DNA of 54,798 nt from Macrostomum lignano. Lineage: Eukaryota. Positions 33,488-44,200 of the stretch are shown one piece after another. The DNA lies in the NCBI GenBank assembly GCA_002269645.1, contig NIVC01004213.1, positions 1-54,798 on the forward strand, read 5' to 3'. How positions within the stretch are numbered: the stretch's first letter is position 1; each line of letters opens with the position of its first letter. The notes below the pieces were generated by a model, which saw only the letters and a program-made list of their open reading frames with translations, was not told the DNA's origin and made no database searches. Position numbers and translations under genes: made by a program.

Positions 33488-36059
33488 GCTCACTAGATTT
33501 GATCTGGGGATAACAGAAACCAACCAGATTTGTTTTAAACCTGGAAAAGATATATACAGGAGGTAGAATTATGTAATAATAACAGCTCATCTTCCTTACA
33601 AAATTTATTCAGGCCTTTAGACTAGACTCATAAGTGTTTTAGTAGATTTTGGACAATAATGAGTTTGTTATAAAATAAGCTTATGATCTTAATGCTTGAT
33701 ATACCATCTTATACATTTAACATGCTGTCACTTCTGCAATAGAAAGGCATGGCACATTTGGCATTATGCACCAACACTTTCTAAAGTGTGCTGGATAGCT
33801 ATCCATGAAAAGTCAGTTTTCTAATATGGCTATAGACCTAGTTTAAAGTAATAAAGACATGCCAAATTATAGCCAGTCTCAATTTTTTCAAATATTGTAT
33901 ATAGTAAATTTGGTAGAAACATATTATTGCTTAGTCTTGCACTTATAGGACATCTAATATATTATATAGTATAAAAAGCATTATGCATAATATAGTATCT
34001 GTATACTTAAAATGTTTTGTTCATAGATATGTGATAGATTACAGAAAAAATTATATATTATCTAGTATCTAATAGATTATAAAATTGCATATTATACATA
34101 TATATATATAGACATAGTGCAACAATGCAAAAAAGGCAAATGCCTAGCACTGTAACTTTAAAGAACCTAATAATAATATGGCAAAGCACAATAAGCAGTG
34201 CAAAGTCCCTCTAGTGGGCTTAGCCTTAGTTGTCAACATTTAAAAATACTAAGGTGTGACAAAGCAGGCCTAGCCTAATATAGGTTATATATGGGATACA
34301 ATCATTTTGTCTACTATGACATTTTTTAAATTTCTTAATTTTCTAACAGACAAAACAATTATTCAATTATTCAATTTATTTATATAAAGTTGAAATTTAA
34401 ATTAAAAATTTAATTTAATAAACTCAAATAAATAATAGAATGGCTAGGCAGCTTTGTATCATTGGCATTGAATAGGCCCTAATTGTTAAGCATTATTTAA
34501 CTGTTTAGCTTCAGGTCTAATTTTAAAAGTTCTTTAAAATCCCTAATAGAGCCCAACTGAGACCAGATTTTGTTTTCAAGTAAGATTAAGCAAGAAATTT
34601 ATAAAAATCAAAGATCAAGAATAAGTCAATTGAGAATTGGAGATCAGGCTACAATTGTAAATTTGTAAAAAAAGAATAGTATGAGGGGTGTCCCAAAAGT
34701 CAATGCACTTTTTCACTACAGCCTTTTTTGACCAATCAGAAATATTAAGTCTGTTGCAGTTGAAAAAAGAATTATCTGCCTATTAAAATGACTTTCTGTT
34801 TATTTCTATATCTGCTAGCATTTTTGAGATATGAGCACTTTTTTGCCTTACCCCCTGTGCTACTTTTACAAATTGCCATAGACCAAAGCTTTATATCAGA
34901 TGGCCCATTCCATATAAGATGGACATATTTGGAAAATAGAAAAAAGTCAATATTTTTGCTTGTCATTGCCTTATTAGCCAATTTTTTTACCAAATATTTT
35001 TTATATGTAATGCATACAATCTAAGAATAAGAAAATGATAAAATGTTGGATTAGTATGTTATCAATTGGCAAAAAGTTATTTTTGTAAAAAAATTGGACA
35101 TTTTCTAAGCAAAAGACATCATTAAGTTTATGTACCTTTTAAAAAAAATATAAAGCTTTAGAAGGTTAAAATAAACTATATATAAAATTATAGTACTTGC
35201 ATCGTCAGATAAAAACATTAGCAACCATATAATCTATTATATTTTTAATATATTAGTACCTCAAAGTTATTGAATAGACAGAAAAAAATATGTTACAACC
35301 ATAATGTTACGACCATAAGGCTGCCTTTTCTTTTGTATCTTTGTTGCCTTTTTGAGTTTATATATTCTAATAAAAGAGTATGACTTCAAAAGATGTTCTT
35401 AGTCAAATTTAAAAAAACTATTGCAAAATATCAAAAATGAAAAATGTTATAAGACTTTTACCTTTTAGTTTCTATATGTCAAAAATCCTGTTGTTACGAC
35501 CATAAGTGCCAATCAAGGTTTAATAGCATCTATACTAATGATGATATGAAACTTTATAAACATATTCTTGACAAAATAATCTTTCATTCAAAATATTGGT
35601 TTAGTATATTCTATTATAAGATTTCATTTTATAAGTAAAAATAGTGTTACGACCATAATTGTATAGAATGGCCCAGATGGCCAGATGCATGAAACAATGA
35701 AACATTCAACAAATCAACAAAACATCTGCAACATGACCAGGTTGCGGATGGTATGCATGTACGCCGGAAAAGTTCCGGCATACAAAACGGCCACCCTAAG
35801 TCCTTGGCGTACACAATCGGCGTACACAAACCCTGGCGCACTTTGTTGGCGTACACTATTGGCGTACACAAGTAATACAGCCACGTATACTTTTTTGGCA
35901 TACAAATTTTGGTGAATAAATTCATGCCGTGCATGAGAATTGTAATGTAAATTAATGTTTTTACGTAAAGTAAAGGAAAATTTCTATCGTCAGTGATAAA
36001 CATTTTGCTTCTTTTAAGTTAAAAATAAATAAAATTAGTGTAAAATTTTGCTGGAAGTA

Positions 36060-38345
36060 TTAATTTTGCATGATATTTTTTGTAGTTATGGCGCGCTTCA
36101 AAGCTTGGGCGCGAACAAAAGCCGCACCGCCGGCAGAGTCCGGGGCGCCGGCGTCAGCCAGCAGACAGTCGACGTAGCGCCGAGTCTTCGCCTGTCCCCG
36201 CCGGTAGGGTGCCTGCAACGTAAGTAGCAGCACCTCCTGCACCGGCTCCGGACAGTAGGCCTCGGCGCGGATGACGTGGCCTGCCAGCTGGAGTCGCCGA
36301 CGGCGCAGCAGATCGCTAGGACGGGCCAGGCCGGCGCGATGATAGAGCGCCGTGTTGGTGACTCGCTCGTTGCCGATCTTGAAGGCGGCGCGCAGCAGGC
36401 CAGCGTGCGCCGCGTCGACTTGAGCCTCGAGCGAGTCTGTCAGCGTCCAGGTCTCGGCGTTGTATAACAGGACGGTCTCGATCACCGCCTGGAACAGCGC
36501 CGCCCTCTGGCGGTCCGGTAGGGCCTCGGACTGCAGGACTGACCTTATAGAACGAAAGGCAGCCCAAGCAAGTCCTCGGCGACGCCGCAGATCCTCGCGG
36601 ACGTCGGGAACCAGACCGCCGAGGTAGACGAACTGCTGACATCTTGGAAGCTCACTCGCCTGTTCGTCAGCGCCTCGGCAGAAGATTGCAGCCTCGGTGT
36701 CGTCCGGCACGCATAGCACGACGGTCTTCTGCGTGTTGACCACCAGGCCGACGCTCGCCGCAACGGCAACCAGCCTATCCAGCTGTCGTTGGGCGCCCTC
36801 GACGGTCGAGGACAGCAGGGCGAGGTCATCGGCGTAGCCAAGCACGCTGAGCCGTCTCTCCGGTTGGCGTCGACCCACGCGTCGCCGCAGCAGGAAGCCG
36901 TCGTCGTTGGAAGGCAGAGCAGTCCGTAGCACCCAGTCAAGCACCAGAATAAATAGGAACGGCGCTAGCGTATCTCCCTGGAGCACCCCGGAGGATGTCT
37001 CGAAGAAATCCGATAGGCCGTCCGGTGTTGAGACAGCAGCCGTCGTGCCGTGGTACAGCGCCATGACAGCAGAAATCAGCAGCTCTGGCACGTTGTACGC
37101 ACGGAGCACCTCTGGGAGCGCGTCCCTCACGACCGAGTCGAAAGCCTTCCTGAAATCGACGAAGATCAGGATCAGGGTCAACTGGCGGATGCGCGCCTCC
37201 TCGATGACTCGTCGAAGAGCCAGGATCTGCGTCACTGTGCCGCGATGGGGCCGGAATCCGTTCTGCTCAGGTCGCAGGTACGGGTCCAGCACAGGCTGTA
37301 ACCGCGATAGCAGCATGCGGTTGAACAGCTTCGCGGCGCAGGACTGTAGGCAGATGCCTCGATGCTCCTCGAGCTTGGTGGTGCCCGGCTTCTTTGGAAT
37401 GGCGACGATGTGCGCCGTGGTCCATTCGTTTGGCGCCACCTCACCGAAAAGCACGCGGTTCATCACTCTGGCGACCTCAGTGGCCACGCAGTGGATCCGC
37501 AGCGCCTCGGTGGGCACCTCGTCCGGACCAAGCGCTTTGCCGCCCGGCGACTGCCGAGCGAACTTCACAACGTCGGCTGTGCTGACTGGGGCAACATTGA
37601 AGCTCTCCTCCGCCGGCAACGGCGTCTCCGGCGGCAGCCTCAGATTTTCTGGAAGCGGAGGGGGCGGCGCGTTGACAATGGCGGCGAAGAACTCGCGCAG
37701 CTCGTTCCTGCGCTCATCCGGAGTGTCGCCTGCCAGGTTGAGCGCGATGCGCCGCTTTCGCCCCGTCAGACTCAGAGTGTTGATGGCGGACCAGGCCACG
37801 CGCCCTCTGGCATCGGGCCCTGCGGCAGAGACGGCTTGGATGGCGTCATCGACAGCGGACTGCTGCCGCTGCAGGTAGACAGCCGCCAGAGCCTCCTCCG
37901 CCTCGCGAGTTGGCCGCCCACTTAGTCGGAGCCTCTCCAGATCTTCCCTCGCTTCGTCGATCGCGGGGTCGTCCTGCCAGACCGGCTGCCCGCGCTGGGC
38001 CGGTCGCATCAGCGGGACTGCTTGCTCCGCCGCGGCTCGAACTGCAGCGCTCACCTCCGCGTACTCGGCTCCTCCACGCTTGTCGCCCAGCGCAGTGACA
38101 AAGGCACCGGCAAAGCGACGTCGCGTCTCGGCGTCCCTGAGCGCGCGGTAGTAGCGCCGCGGTGGCTGCTTTGGCGGACGGTAGAGCGGGTCCCGAAGCC
38201 GAAGGTCGCAGATGAGCAGCCGATGGTCGGACCGCAGAGCCAGCGGCGCAATGGTGTGGCAGTTGGTGACGCGGCGGCGCTCACGAAAGCGCACAAGCAC
38301 GTGGTCGAGCTGTGCCAGCTTCCGCGTAGCGTTCCGGCCGCGCAT
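36060..38345 (-). CDS. RTE endonuclease C-terminus plus reverse transcriptase (761-aa open segment)
   Basis: QLDHVL, IVAIPKK, EQNGFR, FVDFRKAFDSV, GVLQGDTLAPFLF, YADD; frameshift to the upstream endonuclease near 38345. Confidence 0.9.
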   Translation of the reverse strand: MRGRNATRKLAQLDHVLVRFRERRRVTNCHTIAPLALRSDHRLLICDLRLRDPLYRPPKQPPRRYYRALRDAETRRRFAGAFVTALGDKRGGAEYAEVSAAVRAAAEQAVPLMRPAQRGQPVWQDDPAIDEAREDLERLRLSGRPTREAEEALAAVYLQRQQSAVDDAIQAVSAAGPDARGRVAWSAINTLSLTGRKRRIALNLAGDTPDERRNELREFFAAIVNAPPPPLPENLRLPPETPLPAEESFNVAPVSTADVVKFARQSPGGKALGPDEVPTEALRIHCVATEVARVMNRVLFGEVAPNEWTTAHIVAIPKKPGTTKLEEHRGICLQSCAAKLFNRMLLSRLQPVLDPYLRPEQNGFRPHRGTVTQILALRRVIEEARIRQLTLILIFVDFRKAFDSVVRDALPEVLRAYNVPELLISAVMALYHGTTAAVSTPDGLSDFFETSSGVLQGDTLAPFLFILVLDWVLRTALPSNDDGFLLRRRVGRRQPERRLSVLGYADDLALLSSTVEGAQRQLDRLVAVAASVGLVVNTQKTVVLCVPDDTEAAIFCRGADEQASELPRCQQFVYLGGLVPDVREDLRRRRGLAWAAFRSIRSVLQSEALPDRQRAALFQAVIETVLLYNAETWTLTDSLEAQVDAAHAGLLRAAFKIGNERVTNTALYHRAGLARPSDLLRRRRLQLAGHVIRAEAYCPEPVQEVLLLTLQAPYRRGQAKTRRYVDCLLADAGAPDSAGGAAFVRAQALKRAITTKNIMQN

Positions 38346-38752
38346 TCTGCCGCCTCCGCTTGCAGCCCACGAAGGTCGCGAGCCAGCCCAGTGACTTGCG
38401 GAATCTGGTGTTGGCCGACACCATGTCCTGTCTCTCCAGGAAGTCTTCTAGCGCTCCGGTGTTGCCGTTCTCGCGCGCTGTCACAAACAGCGATTGCTCG
38501 GACCTACGCAGAACTGCGTTCAGGTCTCCGAGAATGTAATATTCCTGCACGAAAACGAGTGCGTCAATGGCAAAAGCACGAGTGCGCGAAGCGCACGAGT
38601 GCATTTTGCCATAGACGCACGAGTTTGCGTGTAGGAAAATCATTGTCTTTTGACCATAGACAAAGTCATTCCTGCACGGTTTTCGAGAAACGTTAAGAAG
38701 AGATGAAAATTGAGTGGAGAGTTTATAGAAAAGTGTATAAAGCTTATTGACC

Positions 38753-39343
38753 ATGGCGTCTGTAATCGACTCGGCTCTGAATCCTCCATTAATTGATTTT
38801 CGCTACGCTACGGTGTCTGGATTAAGTGGCGACGAAATGTTTATTGAAAGTGTGTCCAGCAACTTTGAGAGGACGGGCGACGATTTGACTGCACTGATAG
38901 CGGATTGCACGTTCAGCGAGGAATTAGGGAAACTTTTCAGCTCGGATCCGGAAACCTTGTGTAACCTTGACGAATTGGAAAGTCTGGCCGCTCAACTGGA
39001 ACGCGACAACGAATGTCATTCGGCTGTCTCTAAGGAGAAAGCTGTGATCAACCGCTTGACGGCCTGGTTGGCGGAGAATAATTTAAAAGTGGATTACGCG
39101 ACTGCTTCGGTGGAAGAAATTGCCAAATGGGTCCGCTACTTCTATGCGACTCAGCGTAAGTCAGACGGCAGCTTCTATTCGCCGAATACAATCGTAGGAA
39201 TTCGAGCCGCACTGTTCAGGTACTTTATGAAATTACGTGGCCTCAATATCATCGCTCACGAGGCTTTTCATAGCGCGAATTTGATGGCGAAGAATGTTTG
39301 CAATGTGTATTTGAGGTCTATAGACTCATTAACTGTTTCCTAG
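38753..39343 (+). pseudogene. N-terminal half of a DUF3504/CryptonA-like tyrosine recombinase
   Basis: VRYFYATQRKSDGSFYSPNTIVGIRAALFRYF...F..AN; stops before the catalytic domain. Confidence 0.72.
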
Positions 39344-39420
39344 TTCCACTTATTATCCTTTTTGTTCTTCCATATTGTTATTGATTACATATTCAGTTGC
39401 TTCTAAAAATAAATTGTTAA

Positions 39421-39452
39421 ATCGTGCAGGAATGAAGTCATTCCTGCACGAT
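39421..39452. other. Perfect 15-bp-arm hairpin ATCGTGCAGGAATGA-AG-TCATTCCTGCACGAT
   Basis: Direct reading. Confidence 0.9.
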
Positions 39453-41246
39453 AAGCTAACGTATGTCAAGTGATTTCTACCATAGACACAGACATTCCTG
39501 CACGATAATAAATCGAAAAAATCATTCCTGCACGCTGTGGTCAAACGACAATGACCACTGTGTCACTTTGCGCCATCTCCTCCACCCGCACCGAGAGTTG
39601 CTCGAAGAAGGCCTTAGAGTTTTCTTAGAAAACTCTACTCGTGAAAACTGAATGACCTTTTTTAGGACTTTTTGGTGTACATTTTAGTGCAACTTTTTGT
39701 TTTTGGCGTACACTGGCGTACAAAGTCCTTGATGCCCGAATTTTTTCCGGCGTACACGGGTACATGATCCGCACACTGGCAACATGAAAGCTGAAGAAAG
39801 AACAGTCAAAAGTTAATCACCAACATTGTTCTAAGGCTTCTCTACATAGTCATCACTGCGCTTTCTTTATAACATTTTACACTTTCTGTATTCAATTTAA
39901 TCTTGCTCAACTATTTTTAAGTTCTACTAGGCCTATTTTCAAAATTGTAAGAATTTTATGAAATAAATTTTTAAATTGTCAAGTCTTAAAATTTCAATAT
40001 TAAGATTGAGATCTTAGTTGGAATCTAACATTTAGGTCTATTAAGCACCTAAGCTACATTCTAAATTATGAATAGGCCTATGCCCAAAAATTAGGTTAAG
40101 GTAGGTCTATGTATTGGCCTTATATGCCAAAAGTTAGATTTGCATAATTGGTGCCCATTATTTGTAAGAAAATAGTATATGTATATACCTGGTATATACT
40201 TTATAGAATCATGCAGAAGAGCTATCATTAAGTGGAAAAAAATGAAAATAATTTTAAGCTCTCTAGTTTTTAAGCTTATATTTATAATACACATTTTAAC
40301 AAATGTTTGTACATATTGATTTTCCACTGTAAATAGTATAGGCAACTTAAGGCAAGAAAGATAAATAATTAGCCCAATCATTAGCCAAAAAAGGTCCTTT
40401 ATGCAATTCAAAAAAGTAATTACTTATTGAAACACAAACAAAGCCAAAGCCCAAAGGTCATTTATTATTGCAACACTAAAATGAAATATTAATTTAATTT
40501 ACTGGAAATATGAAATAGGCCTAGTATAACTAAATAAGAGCCAATAATCAATAATTATTTACACTTACAAGCTTACAAGGACAACTCAACAATTAGGCAT
40601 CCTACAATGAAAAAGGCATCCTACAATGAAGTTTCATTAGCCTAGCCTACAAGAAAACGAAAAAATGTTAAACTATTTTAAATTTTGACATTTAATGACA
40701 CAACTATGACACAAAATACCTAGACTACAACCAAAAGTTGAGTTTTAGCATGTTTAGAGGGAAAACGACTCGGCTGTGAGCCGTACCAAACACTGAGAAG
40801 TGCCTAGACTTATTTTATGAAATATTTTTTATATGACCAACTAAAAATCTAAGAAAAATTAGATTTTAAAACACCGCTTAGAGAAACTTAAAACAAGTAG
40901 TTAAGCAAATTTTTAACGACATGCTTTTAATAAGCCTATGCAATTAGATTCTAGAATGTTATTTGCAAATTATAACTCTGTTATAAGGTTTTTTGAGAAT
41001 TAGTTCAGTAAACTTGAAGAATATTCTTCTAAGAACTCTATAAAATAGTATCTCTATAAACAGACAAAAAAATTTCGTCTTAATTAATTATTGTTGCTCC
41101 TCTGAAGCCTTTCGCAAGATATTTCGTTACCCTTATCTCAAACCTGTTAGCCAACATTTTTAATAAATATTCAGTATTCAACTGAAAATTGCTGCAACCT
41201 GTTGTTCGTGCACAGAGTGCAATAAAACATAAGGTTTAGATTGTGA

Positions 41247-44200
41247 ATGATGTCAGACATTTCCAGTACAATAATGGAAGTCTCAAAGACTTTGCAACGC
41301 GTCAATATGTATCCGTTCTTTGACGCTGCTCATTATATTTTAATGTGCTCCATTGTAAAGGAAGACACAGCACAGTCTGCAGGTACTATAATATAAAATC
41401 AATGCAACAATAATATAGCTTAGCTAACTATCAATATTAGCATTAGGCCTCTACAAATACTGAAATAATCCTATATCTATAATGGCTATAATAATATTAT
41501 TACATTTTTTAATATTTAGAAGTTGCTAAATAAGGCTTTTTAAACTTTGATTTTTATCATTCCTTTATGGTTTATTGGTTTATAGAATATGGGTTAAATA
41601 GGACTCCTAGGAGTAAAAATACACAAGGCCAACTCCTCTACCATAGTCCAGATCATGCTGGGTGCATGCTTGAACAATAATTGAGTAATTAGGGCCTACA
41701 AATGCACGCTGAAAAAAAATTGAGTCTATGCCTAGCATTCTCAAAACTGTGTCAGTATTACAACATGTGTTGTTTTTTGTTTGATGTGTTGCTAAGTTGC
41801 TTACAACTAATTGAAAAATGTAGAACAAGGTGAAGTTACATTACCTTTTTCATTCATTTTTTATTAAGGATCATCATACATGAGCAACCTCCAAAATTTG
41901 GTCGGCCATGCGACTTAGTTTTAACAAAAATGTGACGTAGTTTTTGGCCAAAAATGCAACTGACATGTAAAAAAACCCTAAAGCAAAATTAACGCAACTT
42001 TGGGTAAACGGCAGGAGTAACTATGACTGTCTTATTAAGCCAAAATGCCTCGTCAGCTACTTAGTACTACTACTTGGTTATTTTTTCGGGTGGGCATTTT
42101 TGCGACTTCCTTGGTTGGCCGCCAGATCAGTCAGCCGACTGTTGCGCATGTATATGCCAGTAGCATTGGAAAACTGCGACTAGCTAAAATGCATGCAACA
42201 CAAAGAAGACCTGTTTATGAAGATAAAATTATCATTGATAACTCATTAGCTGAAATTATTAGGAACAATGTGCATGACATGATCATCTATGCACGAAGTA
42301 CACAAAATAACAGGTGCACATTTTTTGAGTCCATTTATCGTAGGCTAAGAGACAAGCCCAACTACATCTTAAAGCCAGCAAGAGAATGGGATGAACTTGG
42401 TCATGAGGACTATTCAATAAACCGGTGCCCTGAATCCAGCAGTGAGTTACGAAAGCCTTTGCTTTTTACAAGGTGGAAACTTGGACAGTTGACTCCAGGT
42501 AGAGAAAATGACTGCTCAGGTGCTCATTGGATTTTAGAGGACAATATTGAAGCCATCATAAATACACCTTCAAGAGAAGCAGGTACATTGGCAGACTTAG
42601 CATTAGCATCTGCTTCATCAGCAACAGAAAGAATCGAAATGCAACTAGCTCCTGCTCCAGCTCCATGTTCTGAAAGCTCACACCGTAGTGAATTGGCCAG
42701 GTCCTATGAATTTTCAGAGCAAATAGCAGCTAATCGAGATCATGCTGTTCAAACTGCTGCTGCAGAAACTTCTAATTTTTGCTCTGCTGCAAATGTACAG
42801 GAAAGAAGAGAGTTGTTGGAGAATGACCAGCAAACAAGCAAACTACAAGTGGAAATTATTAGGCAAGTAAATATTCAAAGACAATCAACGAAACGATCAC
42901 TTTGCCAAAGTCCTATTGTTGATTTAGATTCGAGCGACTCAAGGGGTTCAGGTGATGTTGAAATAGTACAAGTAAATACTGCAGAAGCAGGGCCATCGCA
43001 AAAAAAATACCATGCATAAGCACATCTGCAGATGCATGTCTAGCCACTTCAGCATCAAAGCCCTCGTCTTCCTCTATGATGGGTGAAAATATTGAAGTTT
43101 TCCCTAAAAAGGACTGGGAGGATACATCTGGTTTTCAAGAGGAGTGGTTACATTCTTTGGAGATGCACCAGTCACAGTAAGTAAATGGAAACTGACGAAC
43201 TGTAAATTAATGTATAGTGTATTGTGTATTGCACTTATTAGCATATTGCTTTTAGATACTCACAAATAGTCCAAATCCCAAAATATTCTCTAATTTGACC
43301 ATTGCAGATCATTTTCAAGAAAATTTGTGTCACGAGAAATGAAGACATGGTTTCAATATGTTCAAAACACCGAAGATCTATCAAGATCTGGAATACAATG
43401 TCGGATCTGCAGAAAATTTTTGAATGCACATAAGAAAAAGGAGACAAATCTAGAGAGCCAACGTAAGTTAACTTTTGCAACAGAACAAGGCTACATTCCC
43501 AAAGGTCATGCAAAAGATAGCGTACGAAGAAAACTACAGGAACATTCATCAAATACACTTCACAGTGACGCCATAAAGTGGATGAAGGAAAAACATACTT
43601 CAGTTCTTGCAAAGCAACTCAAACAGATGAATGAGGCCGCTAGACTAGCTAAAACTAAACGAGATGAAATAACAGCCCGAGTTTTGACAACAGTTTATGC
43701 CGAAGTCAAATCTAATATTCCATTTAGTGCTCATCCAAATATGATTGATTTACAAGTAAAAAATGGGTTGGATATGGGGAGCCATCATAAGCATCGCAAA
43801 AGTGCCGCAGCAATGGTGGAATCAATCAGTAATACCATGCATCGGACATTTGTGAATTACATTAAAAGTGCTGACAATCTTCCGATTTCTATTGTACTAG
43901 ATACAATGTCTGATATTCATTCAAACAGCTACGTCATGATATACTTCAGAGTTCTTGAAAACAGCCAACCTTTGATGTTTTTTTATCGGTTTAAACGTCT
44001 GACTGAAGTAGAGACTGGACGAAGCATTTATGAACTTCTCATCCATTTATTTTCGGATGACAAGCTAGAAGATGAAATCAAACGAAGGCTATGGGGGGTG
44101 ACAACTGATGGTGCATCCGTAATGACAGGAAGTCGAGTGGGATTAATAAGTCCACTGAGGCCTTGGGCTAGCAAACAATTTTTTCAGCACCATTGTGCAC

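Larger units (their letters stand above)
38537..39549 (+). mobile_element. Crypton-like non-autonomous element (1013 bp)
   Basis: AATG direct repeat at 38533-38536 and 39550-39553; removing the element restores the RTE codons GTC ATT CTC GGA GAC (V-I-L-G-D). Repeated ATTCCTGCACG motifs at both ends. Confidence 0.85.
36085..39625 (-). mobile_element. RTE-type non-LTR retrotransposon, 5'-truncated, interrupted by a Crypton-like element
   Basis: Endonuclease fragment (FFEQL...TVVI|LGDLNA) and RT; GC-rich against AT-rich flanks. Boundaries approximate. Confidence 0.88.
35737..39779. mobile_element. Non-autonomous hAT-type element hosting nested insertions
   Basis: 8-bp TSD CAACATGA at 35729-35736 and 39780-39787; imperfect TIR CCAG..GCGGAT..TGTACGCCGGAAAA; subterminal GGCGTACAC repeats at both ends. 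Confidence 0.8.

Noticed and set aside
34681-34712. Mariner-like TIR TA-TGAGGGGTGTCCCAAAAG
   Set aside because: No matching opposite end or transposase found.
36907-38696. Long antisense ORFs over the RTE (and over the LINE at 4357-6248)
   Set aside because: Shadow frames of GC-rich coding sequence with no recognisable motifs.
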